From Phoronis australis (lineage: Eukaryota; Animalia; Phoronida), in contig NMRA01000120.1 in the NCBI GenBank assembly GCA_002633005.1, positions 62,966 through 126,965 of the forward strand: DNA of 64,000 nt, written 5' to 3'. The position numbers and the translations under genes are program-made. Under the pieces are notes generated by a model. It saw only the letters and a list, made by a program, of their open reading frames with translations. It had not been told where the DNA came from and ran no database searches. Shown in pieces: positions 1 through 14,080 of this stretch (its first letter is position 1; each line of letters begins with the position of its first letter).

Positions 1-336
1 TTACTTGTTAACTATAAAATGGTGCAAACCAACACAAAGCACGATGAGCGACCGTTGACTGAACTGTCTAATTAGAAACTACAGCAAGGCAGAAGTTTTC
101 CTTTACAACCACTCGTCGTATACACGGCATCACAAAGAAATGTGATAATCTGTGCTGTTGAACAAGTGTAAATGTGTTGATCATCTTCGGTTTCAAACAG
201 TTGTGCCTAAGACACATAACTGTCATGAAACAAGATGTTCAACAGTAAAATAACATCAGTTTCAGACAAAAACAAAATTAATGCTAAAATCGGACTTTCT
301 TCAGGGTTGAGAATGCTCAAAATTTCTGAAAAACAT

Positions 337-1028
337 TTATTTATTATTATTATTTATTTTATTATTGTGATATTTAAAATGAGGGTGGCCTCTTCAGTGA
401 TAGCACTGCTTTCCAAGAGGGCCCTCAACAAGAAAAACAGTAATATAATACAATGAAGTAATAAAACAACAATGAAATATACGTAACAAAGATACAATTA
501 AAACAGGTTGAGAATTAAGACAATAACTAAATGACAAATAATGGTAAAAATTTAACTAAGACAGATGAAATAAATTAAGAGATGATTCTAGACAGTGAGA
601 GTATTTACGACAATGAAAAAAATGACATGATTAAGACAGGCAGGGTATAAAAGGTCAAGTAAATTACAGCCACTTTTTAATATTTACTTTAAAGGTAGTA
701 ATTGAATTGGACCGTTTAATTTCTGGGCTAAAAGAATTCCATATTATAGCAGCTGCATAGATAAAAGATCTCTTGCCCGTCTCGGTTTTAATTTTTTTAG
801 AATAAACATTGCCAGCAACAGAAGAACGTGCAGAATATACAGCCTGGCTGCTATTGAATTTACTGCTGAGATATGCTGGAGCCAAGCCATTGATACATCT
901 GTACATACAACAGGCAGAGAGATATTTATTTCTTTGTCTTATTTTCATAAATCCCAGCTTGGAATACAAGTCATCAACCCTAGTGTCCCTAATTTTAGTA
1001 CCCAGGATAGCCCTGGTGGCTCTATTGC
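337..1028 (-). mobile_element. 5'-truncated LINE (CR1/L2/Crack-like): ORF2 C-terminus, 3' UTR and (AAT)n-type tail
   Basis: The minus frame to the stop at 664 reads ...NRATRAILGTKIRDTRVDDLYSKLG...MYRCINGLAPAYLSSKF...TETGKRSFIYAAAIIWNSFSPEIK...FKVNIKKWL*, typical of the post-RT C-terminus of L2/CR1-group ORF2. There is a 3' stem-loop (gagggcctct...agaggccaccctc, ~381-425) and an AATAAT/AATAAA tail at ~337-365. Confidence 0.8.
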
Positions 1029-1316
1029 CTGACCAAAGCTATGGCACAGGTATTAAAAATGATAAAGCATCAATTCGGTGCCATTTTTCACTTAAAAAAG
1101 TTCAGTTGCCCGTCAAAATGTCACCAAATTGAATGTGCGTGCCTTAAAAATGGGTGAACAAATTGATACCGCAGAGCCAGTGAATTCCAGGTCAAATTCT
1201 GTTCAGCTGTTCAGTTGTGCTATGTCAGTTTGTGCTGTGTCAGTTTGCCCTGTGACAGAGGTGTCATGTGAACGGCACAACACTCAACCTTGTGCCCAGT
1301 GACAGTGTGAACTTAC

Positions 1317-1503
1317 GAGTGTTCAAGTCATCCGACGTCACCACCACGTCGTTCCTATTGGCATCTTGTTTCAGGAAGTTCTTGTGTTCTCGCTCCTGGC
1401 CCTGGAAGATGTCTGGACTCGCCGTACCCGCAGAGCTGGCGCTGGTGCCATCGCCTCCATTGTGGGGGATCGGTCCACCCTGCTCCTCATACAGCGCTAT
1501 AAT
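1317..1503 (-). CDS. PARD3: PARD3/par-3 coding exon 3 (gene continues beyond the left edge)
   Basis: cag|IIALYEEQGGPIPHNGGDGTSASSAGTASPDIFQ...DVVVTSDDLNT|gtaagt. It matches the Par3 'GGDGTSASS.GT.SP.IF' motif; 187 nt, phase 0 to 1. Confidence 0.93.
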
Positions 1504-4294
1504 CTGTAAGCAGGCGAATACTGGATAAGTATGGTTTATCGTGTCAAACAAGATTAAAACAGAGTAACATTTGGCGAAATCGACTATTACCCTCTTCACA
1601 TCAAAGTGGTTATAATTGATTTAAATGTATAACTGTCAGTCTGAACCAGATTTAAAAATAGAGTGTGACAGGGGCTTAGCGAGAGGTTACAACCACTGTA
1701 ACTCTCAGTGTGAACACAGAAATTGCAAGTTATAACTCAATAAGTGGTGCTGTTGTCAAATCTTGTTGGAAATAATGGTGCACCAAGGCACCAACTGGGT
1801 CAAATCAGAAAGTAACTGGGTGGAGTCATTTTTAGGTGGTCTGAACCCACATGCAAGAAACTGGTTCCTAAAGCTGCATTTTGCTTTGTTTAGTTGACTA
1901 GAAAAACAAAAATCACTCACACAAAATCAGTCTCATAATATTCCGTAATATGATAAGATTCCATTTTCCTTCCTAACAAGAACATCAAAACTATAGACGT
2001 GAGAAAATGCTTCTGAATTTATTAGATTTGGCCAACCCTAAAATTGCAAATTCGAAAAATGGTGCATCAATGCACTACCTGTGTCTTGAGTTCATAAAGG
2101 AAACAGAATCCTAAGATGGGATTGCTTTTAAGAGTGTAAAATGTCTAATGCCATTATCAGTCAACTTTCTGGTTTACTGGCACCATGTGAATGTCCCTTG
2201 CCAAAAACCACAACAATGTTCAAGTTCATCATGCCTACACAGACCTGTTGACCATAAAAACACCATTCCACCACAACAGTCCTTGACACATACAACATGT
2301 TCTTGCATAATGACATTCACAGGTCCCATCTCCTCATACCCACACTCCTGCTATTACAAGACCATCAAACGGGCGCCAAGCCAAATGATCCACCACTTGG
2401 TTTAACAACAACCAGAGATACAAACCTTGCCACCATGGATGTACACAAATCCAAACTTGACACTTTTTTGTTTGGTACCATTTTTCATATTGAACCAGAT
2501 CGCCAACCGAAAGCGCCAAGAGAAGTGCAAACTAAGGCAACAGCCCGAAAACCCCAGCAACAAACGCCATGTTGCATACCTTCCGCTGAAAACAACTATG
2601 AGCTAAATGGTCTTGTATCTGCATACTCAAGTTACAGTGATTTATGCTCTCTCAAGCATTAGGTTAGACCAAGGAAAAGACTAAATAAAAAATAGCCAGC
2701 TGTCAAACAACCCCATGGCACATTCCTAGACATAGGTGGAGGGGAACAAAGATACAAGCAGAATCTGTGGGGGGAAATCAACAAGACAGGTCAACCTGAT
2801 GACAGAGAAGTGTGCATTGGTTTCTCATGAGTGGTCTCTAATGTCAGGGTTTCACTGGACAGCAGTATCCAGTTAACCCTTCTGAATAAACACACACAGT
2901 AATAGGATAAGGTCATTAACAGATAGGCAAGACCCAGTCAGCCTTGTTGATCAAGGGGAACAGAGATCACTGCAGTCTAGAGAACCAGTTTTCTCCAAAG
3001 AATAATGGGCAACAAACTGGTTCTCAAAATCCGCGGGGGGGGGCATTGTGATTGACTGTAGCTGGTCAAGACATACCTACTGGAGCAAGATAGGGATGCA
3101 AATAAAACCATTTTACAAGGTATTGTCAAATGTTGATTACTAATTGTAAAAAATGCTTAAAATTTCACTGCATGTAATGGCAATTTCAAATATTAATTGT
3201 TCTGAAATGATGTAAAAATTTACATTTTACATATTTTTGCAGAGAAATTTGTTAAAAAATTTTTTTTCTGTTGTGACATTTTGAATACTAAATTAAAGTC
3301 CTACAGCATCAACGGGTTACAGGCTATTGCCAAAACATAAAAGTTTTGCCATGTGCCTGTTCATTAAAATATTTTGACATATTTATCTTTTCTTTCTTTT
3401 TCGACGCTGATGCCAAGACGTCATTTATCGTAACTTAAGGATTCCAACATGGTAAAATACTGTCATTTTCACACAAAAACGATTGTCAAGAGGGTCATTT
3501 ACAATTTTCTCAAGGTTGATTACGTTGCTAGAAATCACAGAATTTGTTGTTTTATTACATCTGCACGGCACAGAACTACCCTAATTATAATCTAAAAATT
3601 TCTTTGCTCATAAAATAAAATAATACTAAAAGTTCTCTTTTTCGTCGTAATGAGAGCTAACGCAACTATAATATCCAAGACATTTAATTCAAAATCAGCA
3701 CAGTCCTCCACAGTGGCCTAGTTTCTTGACCTTGCTTGGTGGTAGTAAGGCAAGCAGACCCAGGTTGTTATTTTACAAAACACTGCCTCACAGCATAAAA
3801 TAGCATTGGAGATTAAGAAGTCTCCAGCATCGTGTACCCTCACGTACATACCCGGGAAATAAATACATACAGTACATGGCAATAGTATACAGCCAAAATG
3901 ACCTGTAGTTCTCCATCACGAGGACTGTGCGGTGTACCTTCCCTCATGACCAAGAATGAAGGATAATTGACAGGAAAATTAAAAAAGTGTTTATGCGATT
4001 CTGTAATTTTGCCACTACAATAATCAAGTCATCTTTGTTGGTAACATGATTAGCCCTTATGATGGAGAAACTGGTGTTTAGTCCGATTACTTTTGTCCTA
4101 TAATGTAATAGCAAGAGCAAGTACAGGCCACCTCAACTACATAGCTGTACTCCAAAGTTATAAGTTTCACAAAATGTTATCACAAGTGTGAGATAACTGT
4201 TCCACTTCAAACAAGACATGTGGAAAATCTCACGAACTTTGTAAGCTTTACCAAAATTATCCAAGTTTCTTCACTTTTCAAAGACTTCTAACGT

Positions 4295-4573
4295 TATTCG
4301 GGACAGCTGAAAATTTTACTATTTTGTACAAGGTCGGAGCTTGTCTCAAATTTTAGAAATAGGTTATGTTGAATGTCCCAAATTCAAGAACCGCTGAAGA
4401 GGGCAAAATTACCTACCCTGTAGATTGAAAACATATTGCCCGAAGTTTGAGAAATATAGTGAACGCCAAAATTGCCCTTGTCCCAAATTACAGAATCTAG
4501 AAAATTCAGTTTTTGCTGAGTTTCCATGTCCCAAATTCTAGAGACTGTCCCAAATTGGAGAATTTTTTACCAT
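4295..4573 (+). mobile_element. Dispersed MITE-like repeat with reiterated TGTCCCAAATT motifs (inverted copy at ~37885-38134)
   Basis: 4440-4573 is the reverse complement of ~37885-38010. The other copy ends in tggtaaaaaa...ttttttaccg inverted termini; a fragment also occurs at ~57830-57890. Confidence 0.65.
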
Positions 4574-5760
4574 GTGGTAGGTCTTCCCTAAAGATAAGTC
4601 AAATTTGTCTCTCAGCAATGTCAATTAAACCTCAGAAAGCCACCTCCATCCAAATAACACTTCTAAGTGGCTTGGACTGTTCTCCACTATCAACAGAAGA
4701 TATAACAAAGCCTTTCCACCCAATTACCTCCAATCACAAGGCATTAGCTAAACCCAGTTTACAAACATTTGGTCTGTATACAAAAATAACAAGGAACTGT
4801 ATAGGGAGAAGTGGAATGCCAGGGGGGCACAGCATAAAAAAATAATAATTTGGTAAGCATGTTAAGAAGAGACTGAAGTGTTCGAGCGCATTACAACAAT
4901 TTTTGAAGGTTAATGAAATCCAAGTCTTGATCCATCCCGGCATATAAATTGTGGAGTTAATCGAATCATTTCAACTAAAAATGTCCTAGATTCCTGTAAA
5001 AGGGAAGATGGCAACTGCGTCCGGGCACGAGATCTAGCATTGTGCGACCCATTAGGCAGAGAAGAGCTCACAATAAAGATAAAATGACAGAAAAACTGGT
5101 GAGTAAGGAATGATACAAGTACACAGAAGACTTAGGGAACCTAGTTGAGTCTCTATATGGGACTGTTTCATGTAATCCGGCACAGACACCTTTGTTTACA
5201 GGGGATTCCACAGCAGCTGCCTTCAAAAACAGAAAACAAGAGGCAAGACAATATGCAAAACGATCTACACCATCAGCAACACATCTCCAACACACTACAG
5301 CAAAGTCCTTCATACTCACCGACACAATCATCCTCTCTATTTCAGATTCATTTACCAGTGTGAATATGTGGTTGTCAGTTGAGTTTGTACAAAGACAACA
5401 ACACACCTAATGAATCACAATGTGCACAGAATGCCAAAACTGTTGGAGCCAGCTTGCCAGAAACAAACATAAAATTGGATACAAATAAAATGTCACAGCC
5501 TGTTTGTGGTAGTTAGGAACTATTTAAATGTCATACAAAATGCCACTTGATAAGCTGCATGTAACACAAACCTGGCTTCTGCAGTATACACCTGTGAAAT
5601 TGACAATTTTTCTCGCTTCACCTATTGCCTCAAAGGAAAGACAGGTGTAACCTGTTTTAATTCTCCACAACACAGTATAAACAGTTGCCAGACCAAAATA
5701 AACCACATGAGCAGTAGTCATCAGAAAGGAATCACCAGACCCAAAGGCCTGACTACAACA

Positions 5761-6037
5761 CAGTACAAGACAAAAGTAATCAGACAAAATGACTCAGAAT
5801 TCCCAGCACTACAGCTTGGTGGAAGCTGAATTCCGAATTCCCTGTCAAAGTAGACTTCCCTCATCACCGAGAGTGAAGAGAAATTAACAGGAAAGTTAGT
5901 AAGGTGGCTAAACCATTTTGTATTTAGAACTTTGCTGCCCGAATAGTTATCAACAGTCATTTTTGCCGTTATCAGATTTACCGTAGCCGTCATGATGAGA
6001 AATCAGTATTTTGTCGGATTACTTTTGTCTTGTACTG
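5761..6037. mobile_element. 277-bp MITE with 30-bp TIRs (CAGT...ACTG, Tc1/mariner-like termini)
   Basis: cagtacaagacaaaagtaatcagacaaaat (5761-5790) matches the reverse complement of 6008-6037 at 29/30; flanked by CA on both sides. Confidence 0.85.
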
Positions 6038-6534
6038 CACTTAGGAATGACATTATTGCCTATTAGAATACAATTCGCCTACACCTGAACAACTGCAATT
6101 GACAACTCTGGACAAATCTGGAACAATCCTTTCAGTATGGAAATATCAACTGTTACAGTTAGGAACCTCTCTTACTGGTTCCTAGGTTACAGTAACAAAG
6201 GCCAAATGCTCACAAACTCACTGAATAAAAGAATGAAATTTTGTACTTTCTTTTACGAGCATTTCCATGATTTTAGGCACAGTGAAATTACAATTTTCTT
6301 AATGCCCAAATAGGCACTGGAAATTAAAGTCTTAACAAGAAACATATTACACCTGACAATTATTTGCGAAAATTGCTGTTCAGTTGGAATCGCCAATTCT
6401 GCAGAAAATGTCCAGTCCACTAAAAGGACATGATGTTACAATGCACACTACATCAAAACCAGAACTGTTGATAACACAACCCACATCAAGATGAGTAGGT
6501 CATGTAAACTGACAGTTTGTAACTTGAAAGCTAC

Positions 6535-6639
6535 CTGTTCCCTGTCATCAGCGACATCACTCAATAAGTCATCGTGGTCCAGAATTCCACCATCACTTGA
6601 GCTCTTCAAACTGTGAACGTTCACATAGAAATCATTAGG
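6535..6639 (-). CDS. PARD3: PARD3/par-3 coding exon 2 (N-terminal CR1/PB1-like oligomerisation domain)
   Basis: tttcag|PNDFYVNVHSLKSSSDGGILDHDDLLSDVADDREQ|gtag; 105 nt, phase 0/0; contains the Par3 'DGGILD.DD...DVADD' motif. Confidence 0.95.
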
Positions 6640-7803
6640 CTGAAATAAAAAATACAAATCAACTTAATTTTAACGAAACTCATAACTTATCTAAAGCCAC
6701 TAATAAACCCATGTTCTTTCACGTTAAGTGATGTCCACATTACGAATTACCCTCAGTTACGAGTTGTTGCTAGATTTCGCAGCAGTGGGGATCTTGTTTG
6801 CACTGTGAGAGGTATGGGACTTCATCTATGGTAAATTATCCCAGCATAGGTCATAATGTGAATGCAAGTGCCAGCACCACAAATCAATTACCTGCTGTGC
6901 ACTTGGCTAGAGGCAGGAAACCTGCAATCAGTGCAATGACCATTACCAAGAAAAAAGTCCAGAACACTAGGACAAAACCAGTAGAATATCTATTGGAAAA
7001 ATCGGGTGAATCTAACTTGGTAATTTTGTGAGGAAATATCTAATCAAGAAATGAAACTGGAGATTTTTCTCTTTAGTTTTATTTACAACTTATGAAACTG
7101 CATCCAAGATGATGCACGCATAAACTCAATACGGTGTGCATCTTCTTTACTTGCGTCGACTGGCACAAAATTGCAGACTCGAGCAGTTTCTAGGCTTGGA
7201 AACACCTGACCGACACTTCCTTAAAACTCAAGACCAAGCACGGAGCATAAAATGTCTAACACCATGACAAGCCAACCTGTTAACCCTGTTCCCAAGTAAT
7301 CACTAGCAACATTTACACGTGAAAAAATTTTCCATTATTTTTACACTAACTTTTAAACGGTAAACTGTGACTATTTACATGATGATTTTGTCCACTATTT
7401 TACAACACACCCTTTTTAGCAAGTAAAGGGGTTTTGTTGCTCTCGTTTGACTAGAGATTAAGAAGCGATGTCATGAGGTGTCATGCATTTGGTAAGCCCC
7501 TTCTGGAATCTGCAGGTCGCCAAGTATTTTATTGCAGCTGCCACATTTTACTCTTGCATTTACCGACTAAACTTAGTGAATTTTACTCTAGGCATTTTCC
7601 GTGTAAAATCCACTATCTTAAACGGGTAATGAAACAATGATTTAAGTTGAGATTTTACTGGGTATGATGAAATGACAATTGAAATGGCAACCCAAATGAT
7701 GATTACAAAACAATATCCATGCAAACAGGCCTACTATCAGTTCTGTTAGAGCCCAGAAATCAGTTCTGTTTTGAGTGAAGAACAAGATGGTACCAACTTC
7801 TTA

Positions 7804-8319
7804 AGGCCCTTTCATATTGACTTAAGTCCGGTCTGAGCGGAGCGTCGACGTAAACAGCGCAGTTAACTGGACCATTCATAATGGCTTCAGTAGTTAATGA
7901 ACATCGAAGTAAGCGGTTGGCGCCGCTGTCGTCATCGAAGTTATCACAAAGTAGCGTTGCACGCTAAGATTTTTTTTCAATGTTTCAATATGGAAACATT
8001 TACATGTGCTAAGTGACAACAAAATTATCTTTAAATCGATTGGTTATTATTAGAGCAAAATATAAGCAGTTATTAGGGACGGCACTACCCTGTAACTGTT
8101 GACGATAACAGTGACATTGTGGCACCTGGCGATAACTTCGATTGGACTGAAGTTAAGTGTTCATACTGCACCGCCGCGTCGACGCTGCGGTCTTAAATCC
8201 ACCTGTTAACTGCGACGTTAACTGGAGCTGTTAACCGCGATCCAGGACCGGAGTTAAGCGTTCATACTGACCGCAACTCCCCAAGCCATCGACACGTCGA
8301 CGTTAGTATGAAAGGCCCT
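7804..8319. mobile_element. PIF/Harbinger (Tourist)-like MITE, family A copy 1
   Basis: TIR AGGCCCTTTCATA / TATGAAAGGCCCT, TSD TTA, internal repeated gttaa...gttcatactg motifs; homologous to 51441-51844. Confidence 0.85.
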
Positions 8320-9859
8320 TTAAAGGGACATTACCATGTTTACAGCCGAAAACACATTTTTGATATTGTTGGATAGGATAAACTTCTTTTGAGTTATTAT
8401 CTTTGACCAGAGCTCTACAACAACAAAATCTGTTGTTTTCGTCATTTTATTAAAAATTCTCGCACCTGCCCGTCAGCCATTCACTGAAATCAAGGCGGAT
8501 GTCTTTACCACATAAATACACTGAAGTACTCTGCCATTTAGCACATGGGATTGAAAAATACAAGGGATTATTCAACCAGTGACCTGTATTGAGGTGTTAC
8601 CGTACTTGTTTCTTATCAAAAGTACGGTATGCTGAGGGCATGCTATTGAACACAACTCATAACTTTAAGCATGTTAGCATGAGTAGGCACACCTAAAGTA
8701 TATTGTTGGACATTTTAGCCAAGAACTATAGATAAGACCAATGTTGAAAAGTCAAAGGTTATCGCTGCATGTCTAGCCATTTTTTCACACACTTTTCATC
8801 TCCAACAGTGAAGAAAGGTTGATGTGGCACATTGCTTTGACAGACAAATCATTGCTCTACTCATAATCTATTACTTTGTAAAGGAACTTTTAAAAATTCA
8901 TCAGTCATTTTGTTGATTTTTCAATGGTCAACTGTAAAAAAATCTGATTTTCGCCACCTGCTGTTTTTAAACAGTTATGCAAATAAATTTGAATGTTCCT
9001 CCAAGTTTATTCCCATTGAGAAATTTAACAAAATTTTCCAGCATATTCACTACCTGCACACTTTGGGGGTTCTTCAAAAAATGATTGTTGTTCATTGCTG
9101 TTTAGGACACATTACATAGTTTAGCATCAACTTTGACAACGCAGATGTGAAAGGGCGCACCTTCCAAACATGTAGAACCATTGTAGTTAGGCCACAACAC
9201 CTCTGTCCTTGAAGCATAATGGCACACTTGTGGAAGTAACGAATAGTGTGTTCAATAGGAGAAGAATTAACTAACGTAAACTGACAGTATCAGCGTTGTT
9301 TAGAGTCTCTTGTTTTCAACACAAAACGTCACATTCCTGTTCCCTTCATGTGTTCCAATAACGACTCCCGACAAACATTAGACTAATTGCTAATTCTCTG
9401 TATCCAACGCCAGATGACTTAATTGAATAAGTTCAAGATTTACGCGTTCCCAGTTCCCACTAACCAAAACTCTTCAAAACAGTTGTGATGTTCATGGAAA
9501 AGCATTTGACAACAACGCCAAAAAAGAATGTGACCTTGTTCGGTTTTATCTTCACAGAATGAACATATCATAAACTGAATACTAAATGGCATGTTATCCA
9601 TATTAATAAAATCTTGGGATGAATAATATCTAGCTCCACTGATTGACAATCATCACTTCACATGTCATTCAAGCCCAATACACCTGAAAGTTATCTCTCA
9701 ATATTTCTAAGCAGTAAGAATGCCAGGTATTTAAACAATGACATACAACTGAATCAGATATACAATAAACAAGTCTATAATAACCATTCATTCTCCATAG
9801 CTGCAGCCTCAAACTTTGATGAAATGATAAAGAAATTTACACCCTACTCCAATGTACAT

Positions 9860-10200
9860 AGCTCTGGTAAAACCAGCTATCCCCAGTTGTAACCTTTCTA
9901 TAGTTGTCTGTTCTGTTACGGAATTTTTAGGTTGCACTACCAGTTAAAACTCGTAACCCTGGTTTGGGGTTTTAGTCACCAGTGGTCAGTGCTATCGCTT
10001 GGGGATTCACCCCAGTTAGTTCATCGGTGCGCTATTGTTTCCAAAGAGAGTTGACAACAGCACCATCAACTTTTATAACTGCCATATTCACACCCAGTTA
10101 CAATTATTATAACCTCTTTCTAAACCAATGGGGAGACATATACAACTTTTAAAACTGGTTTTAAAGTGCTCAGACCAAGAGTTATGACCTATAAATTGGT
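9860..10200. repeat. Old dispersed repeat (related copies ~1620-1860 and ~51150-51880 in the opposite orientation)
   Basis: Shared segments such as gatagcactgac.actgg.gactaaaacc...accagggttac and gtgctgttgtcaa...tggaaa.aat. Confidence 0.6.
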
Positions 10201-10675
10201 GTTAAAAGTTTTAACTGCTTTGGTGCGGTATAAAAATTGTCTAAAGAAGGCGCACAAAAACGTTAATCTAAGGAAAGCGAAAATGGGTCACTACTGAGGA
10301 AAACAAAAATCTGAAATGCTTACACATTTGACATGAAACCAAACTTCCAGCTCTCTACTTATTTTGAACAAAATAAATATATTTTCCTGATAGTTGGGTT
10401 GTGCCATATAAACCAAATATGCAGACTTCGTAGTTGATGGGTGAGCAAAATTAACTGAGTGACCAAGCATCACCAACTCCCCAGTGGGAAGTTAACAAAA
10501 TACGATCCAAAGGCCAGACTAATGACTCAGTAGTCGAACCAAAAACTCAACTCAACTAAACTCGGTGGCCCGGGATCTCCACTAGGTTTTTAGATTCCGA
10601 CACATAGTTCAAGCGATACAGTCATGCATTGTTTCAACACCTTGATCAAATGTTATTTTTAACAAAAGACAAGTC

Positions 10676-10900
10676 GGTCTACATCACAGACACATGTTCA
10701 TCAATAAACACAATAACAACTATCACACGTTTTGCTCGAGACCCATAGGACTGTCAATAAAAAGTAACGATAACAGCAAGATGGTCGAGATCACAGACAT
10801 CTGATCATCAATAACCACCTATCAGATGTTTTGCTTAAGACCCATAGAGCGTCAATAAAAAGTAACGACAATGGCAAGTTAGTCTGGTCCACATCACAGA
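10676..10900 (+). repeat. Tandem duplication, ~105-bp unit, about 2.1 copies
   Basis: ggtc..atcacagaca...catcaataa...gttttgct..agacccatag...gtcaataaaaagtaacga repeated from 10676 and 10782, with a partial third start at 10886. Confidence 0.8.
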
Positions 10901-13672
10901 ACTGTCCGCATTCCTGCACACTGCGACCCACTTCTTAAATCGCTCGGGAGATTTATAATATGAAATCTGGATAAAACAATGTTAGCTGAATTAAATTTGT
11001 GCAAGAGGCATATTTTAGTTCATGGGCGATCTCCGGCTTATCAATCACACGCTGCATCCATTACTTTGGTTTGAGCTAAAAAAACAATTCCACGCACCAT
11101 TCCACATTTTCCATGTAAGGGAAATGTGCTACGTTTATGTCTTGGCATACCAAATGAGACGTTCTTTGCCTTGTGGAAGAAAAATCAGCAAAGGGACGAG
11201 CAGTTGACAGATTTTTTTTGAAATTTTAAACTAAAAGAAAATGCTTTGATATCCACAGAAATTAAAAATCCTTACAAACAAACTCTAAAAACACCTGGAG
11301 TGCAGATTGAATTGTTTCAGTGGCAGAGAACCACTTTCAATATTGCACACTAAGTCTGTCTATCAAGTTCCAGGCCTCTTTAATTTAAGCAGCAGACTGT
11401 AGATTCACACTTAAGCAACACATCATTTTCCACCTGGTGTGGGTTGAAATTAATCGCAAAAATTTAAGTCACAAGCACTAGGTTAACTTTAAGTTGCTTT
11501 TGGTCTCAAAATAAATAGCCGAAGAACATTGCACCTTCAGTGAGTACTCAAGACTAATAAGCACTGGTAGTGCTTGAATAAATCAGTCAACAAGTGTTCA
11601 TAATTATATTTAGTGGGAAAAAAGAAAGCATGTCAAAGCTTAAATCTACTTCTTAAGATACACTTGACTTCAAAACTCCACAGTTTTGAGTACCGCTATA
11701 TTTACTATTTTTATCTGAGTCAGGGCACCAGCAGATAATGATTTTGTGTCGGCAAATACAACACAATTGGGTCCTGGCTTATCAAATAAGATTCCTCTCT
11801 GCAAACAAATCCAGTCATATCTTTCAGCTGGTGGAAATTTTTCAAACATTGTTATGAAGCCTGTGTCAAGCAAATTCAACCCAAATTCTGTGTAGCTAGC
11901 ATTCTCACAATGGGTGGGAAGGTCAAAAAACTATATGCCACTGACTTCCAATCTCCTTTGACATAATTTAATTTAGGAGAAACATGTCAGACACAGCAAT
12001 AACAAAGCAACTGTATCAACATGTACACTGGTCCAGTGTAGCACAAGGAAAACACTCAACTGTGTTTACACAATTAAACATTAATCAAATGTATAGACAG
12101 TTCACGGCAAAAAGACATTCTGTTCTAGTGTGAGTGAAAAATACATACCATAATTAAATTTCCCTTTAAGAGGCATATAGTAGGCAGAGCTACTACTACT
12201 ACAAGCGTTACCCATCGAATATGAATGAATTAATTCATTTTTTTTACTGCCATGAAATTGGTCTCGATAATCCTTTCCGTGAGAAGATTCTCTTTCATCA
12301 TCAACAACATAGACAATGCGAATACGTGCCATTTTCAAATTCGCGAATTTGAGGTTTGCAATTTACCGGTAATTACAACAAAAGACTCATGATCCCAGAT
12401 TCAGGAAATGGATACCTTACCAATTGTAGTGTAGCACCCTTAGTTGCTGTCTTTTTTGTCTACTTACTCACTGATTTCGGACAAATATATTTGTCAAATT
12501 GATAGTTTCCATTTCTCTAATACTTCTAGATGATCGTTGAAAGCAGCAGTTCACACACCCAACTAAGAAACAGCGACAAGGCGAAGTTGAAAACAATAAG
12601 GTGGAGTGTACATGTTCGGGATTTCAAACCGCGAGAGTAGGAGTTTATGTTGAGAGAGAGAAAATAGTGCCAGTTTTTGTAACTATCGCGATTGCCTATT
12701 ATTCATTAAATTTGGTGGTAGCTATGTGGCTGGCACTCAACTTCTCCGCCATACTGTGGACCTCTAAATTGGTGAGATTTTTCTGCAGACTACTGACATA
12801 AAAATAGCGCATCTGTAGCTAGGACACTCCAAGAACAGTTAATTAAGTGACTCATAAAACAAAAAGAATGTTGAAATCAATAGAACACATACCATGAGTG
12901 GACCAAACTCAGCAATGTAAACACTAGCGCCTCATTGGTGTATTTATGGACTATTGCCAACAGATATGATGTGTCAGTTGAGGAACACCTTCAGAAGAAT
13001 GCCCTTGTACTTGATATTTAAACAACACATTTTATGGTTGGACAACTATGCTATTTACAAAATCAATTTATGGAGTCAGTATGCCCACTGGGTTTTGATC
13101 CAAACACAGAATAATGGATATCTTCATCTCACTGCACTGGGATATGACAGGAGAGACCAGACTCAAGTTGACTAAGAAATAAATAGGGGTCCCAAATTTT
13201 GAGAATACCTTTCTTCCCTGAATAACGGACCCAACAAACCGTATCAAAATTTGGAAGCACTATACAATGTAAGTGACTATTAACCCATTATGAATGTCAC
13301 CTGTACGATTTTGAATAATTGTGTTGTACTTTTTCAGTAAAAATTCATAATGTGATTGTCAAACGCAAACTCATGACTGTGAGTACTTGCATTCTTAAAA
13401 TGTTTTAGTACCTTTGAAAAAATCCGTAAGATTATTTCTTTACAGTCTCAACAGACTTTGAAAGCAGTGGGTAATAGTCACTGGGTTTCGAGAACCAGTT
13501 TTCTCCACAGAATAAGGGGCTGCAAACTGGTTCTCAAAATGCAGCACCCCTATAAGCGACCAGTGCCTCCCAGAGGATACAACAGAGACACCTACAGAAT
13601 ACTCTTAGTTAGAGTGGGTTTACATGGCCAGATTTCCTGTAAAAGGCACCTTGTCCAATTTAATTCCCTCAA

Positions 13673-14080
13673 GCCTGTGCACACAGACTTACTCCAGAAC
13701 AACTTGTACTAGTGCAACTTGCCCCATTTTAATCTGAGCATCCACACATATCCACTATTTAGCGTACAGCATAAGTTGTTGCTCTACAAATAACAATGGA
13801 CAGCTGATGCGAATACGGCACCAAAAAGAAGACTCACATGTATGTGACTGTGCAAACACACCGCTGATAATTACTTCGTCTTGCGCCAGATTTGCGACCG
13901 CGCGACAATAAGAAATGGTAAAAATTACCCTGGAACAAGTTACCCCACCTTGATAAGGTGGAGTAAGTTGTCACAAATGGGGCAAGTTGCACTAGTTTAA
14001 ACAGTGTCCACACAGCCCTCAAATCAAGCGACAACTCATTTTAGGAATAACTTGTTCTAGGGTTAGTCTGTGTGTACATG
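13673..14080. mobile_element. MITE family B copy 1 (imperfect ~30-bp TIRs)
   Basis: tgtgcacacagacttactccagaacaacttg ... acttgttctagggttagtctgtgtgtaca; an inverted homolog lies at 35752-36110. Confidence 0.75.

Noticed and set aside
1264-1316. Extension of PARD3 exon 3 to an alternative donor at ~1289 or to the ORF stop at 1264
   Set aside because: The GTAAGT donor at 1316 is consensus and gives phase 1. The other donor changes phase, and the downstream sequence looks like a MITE-end remnant.
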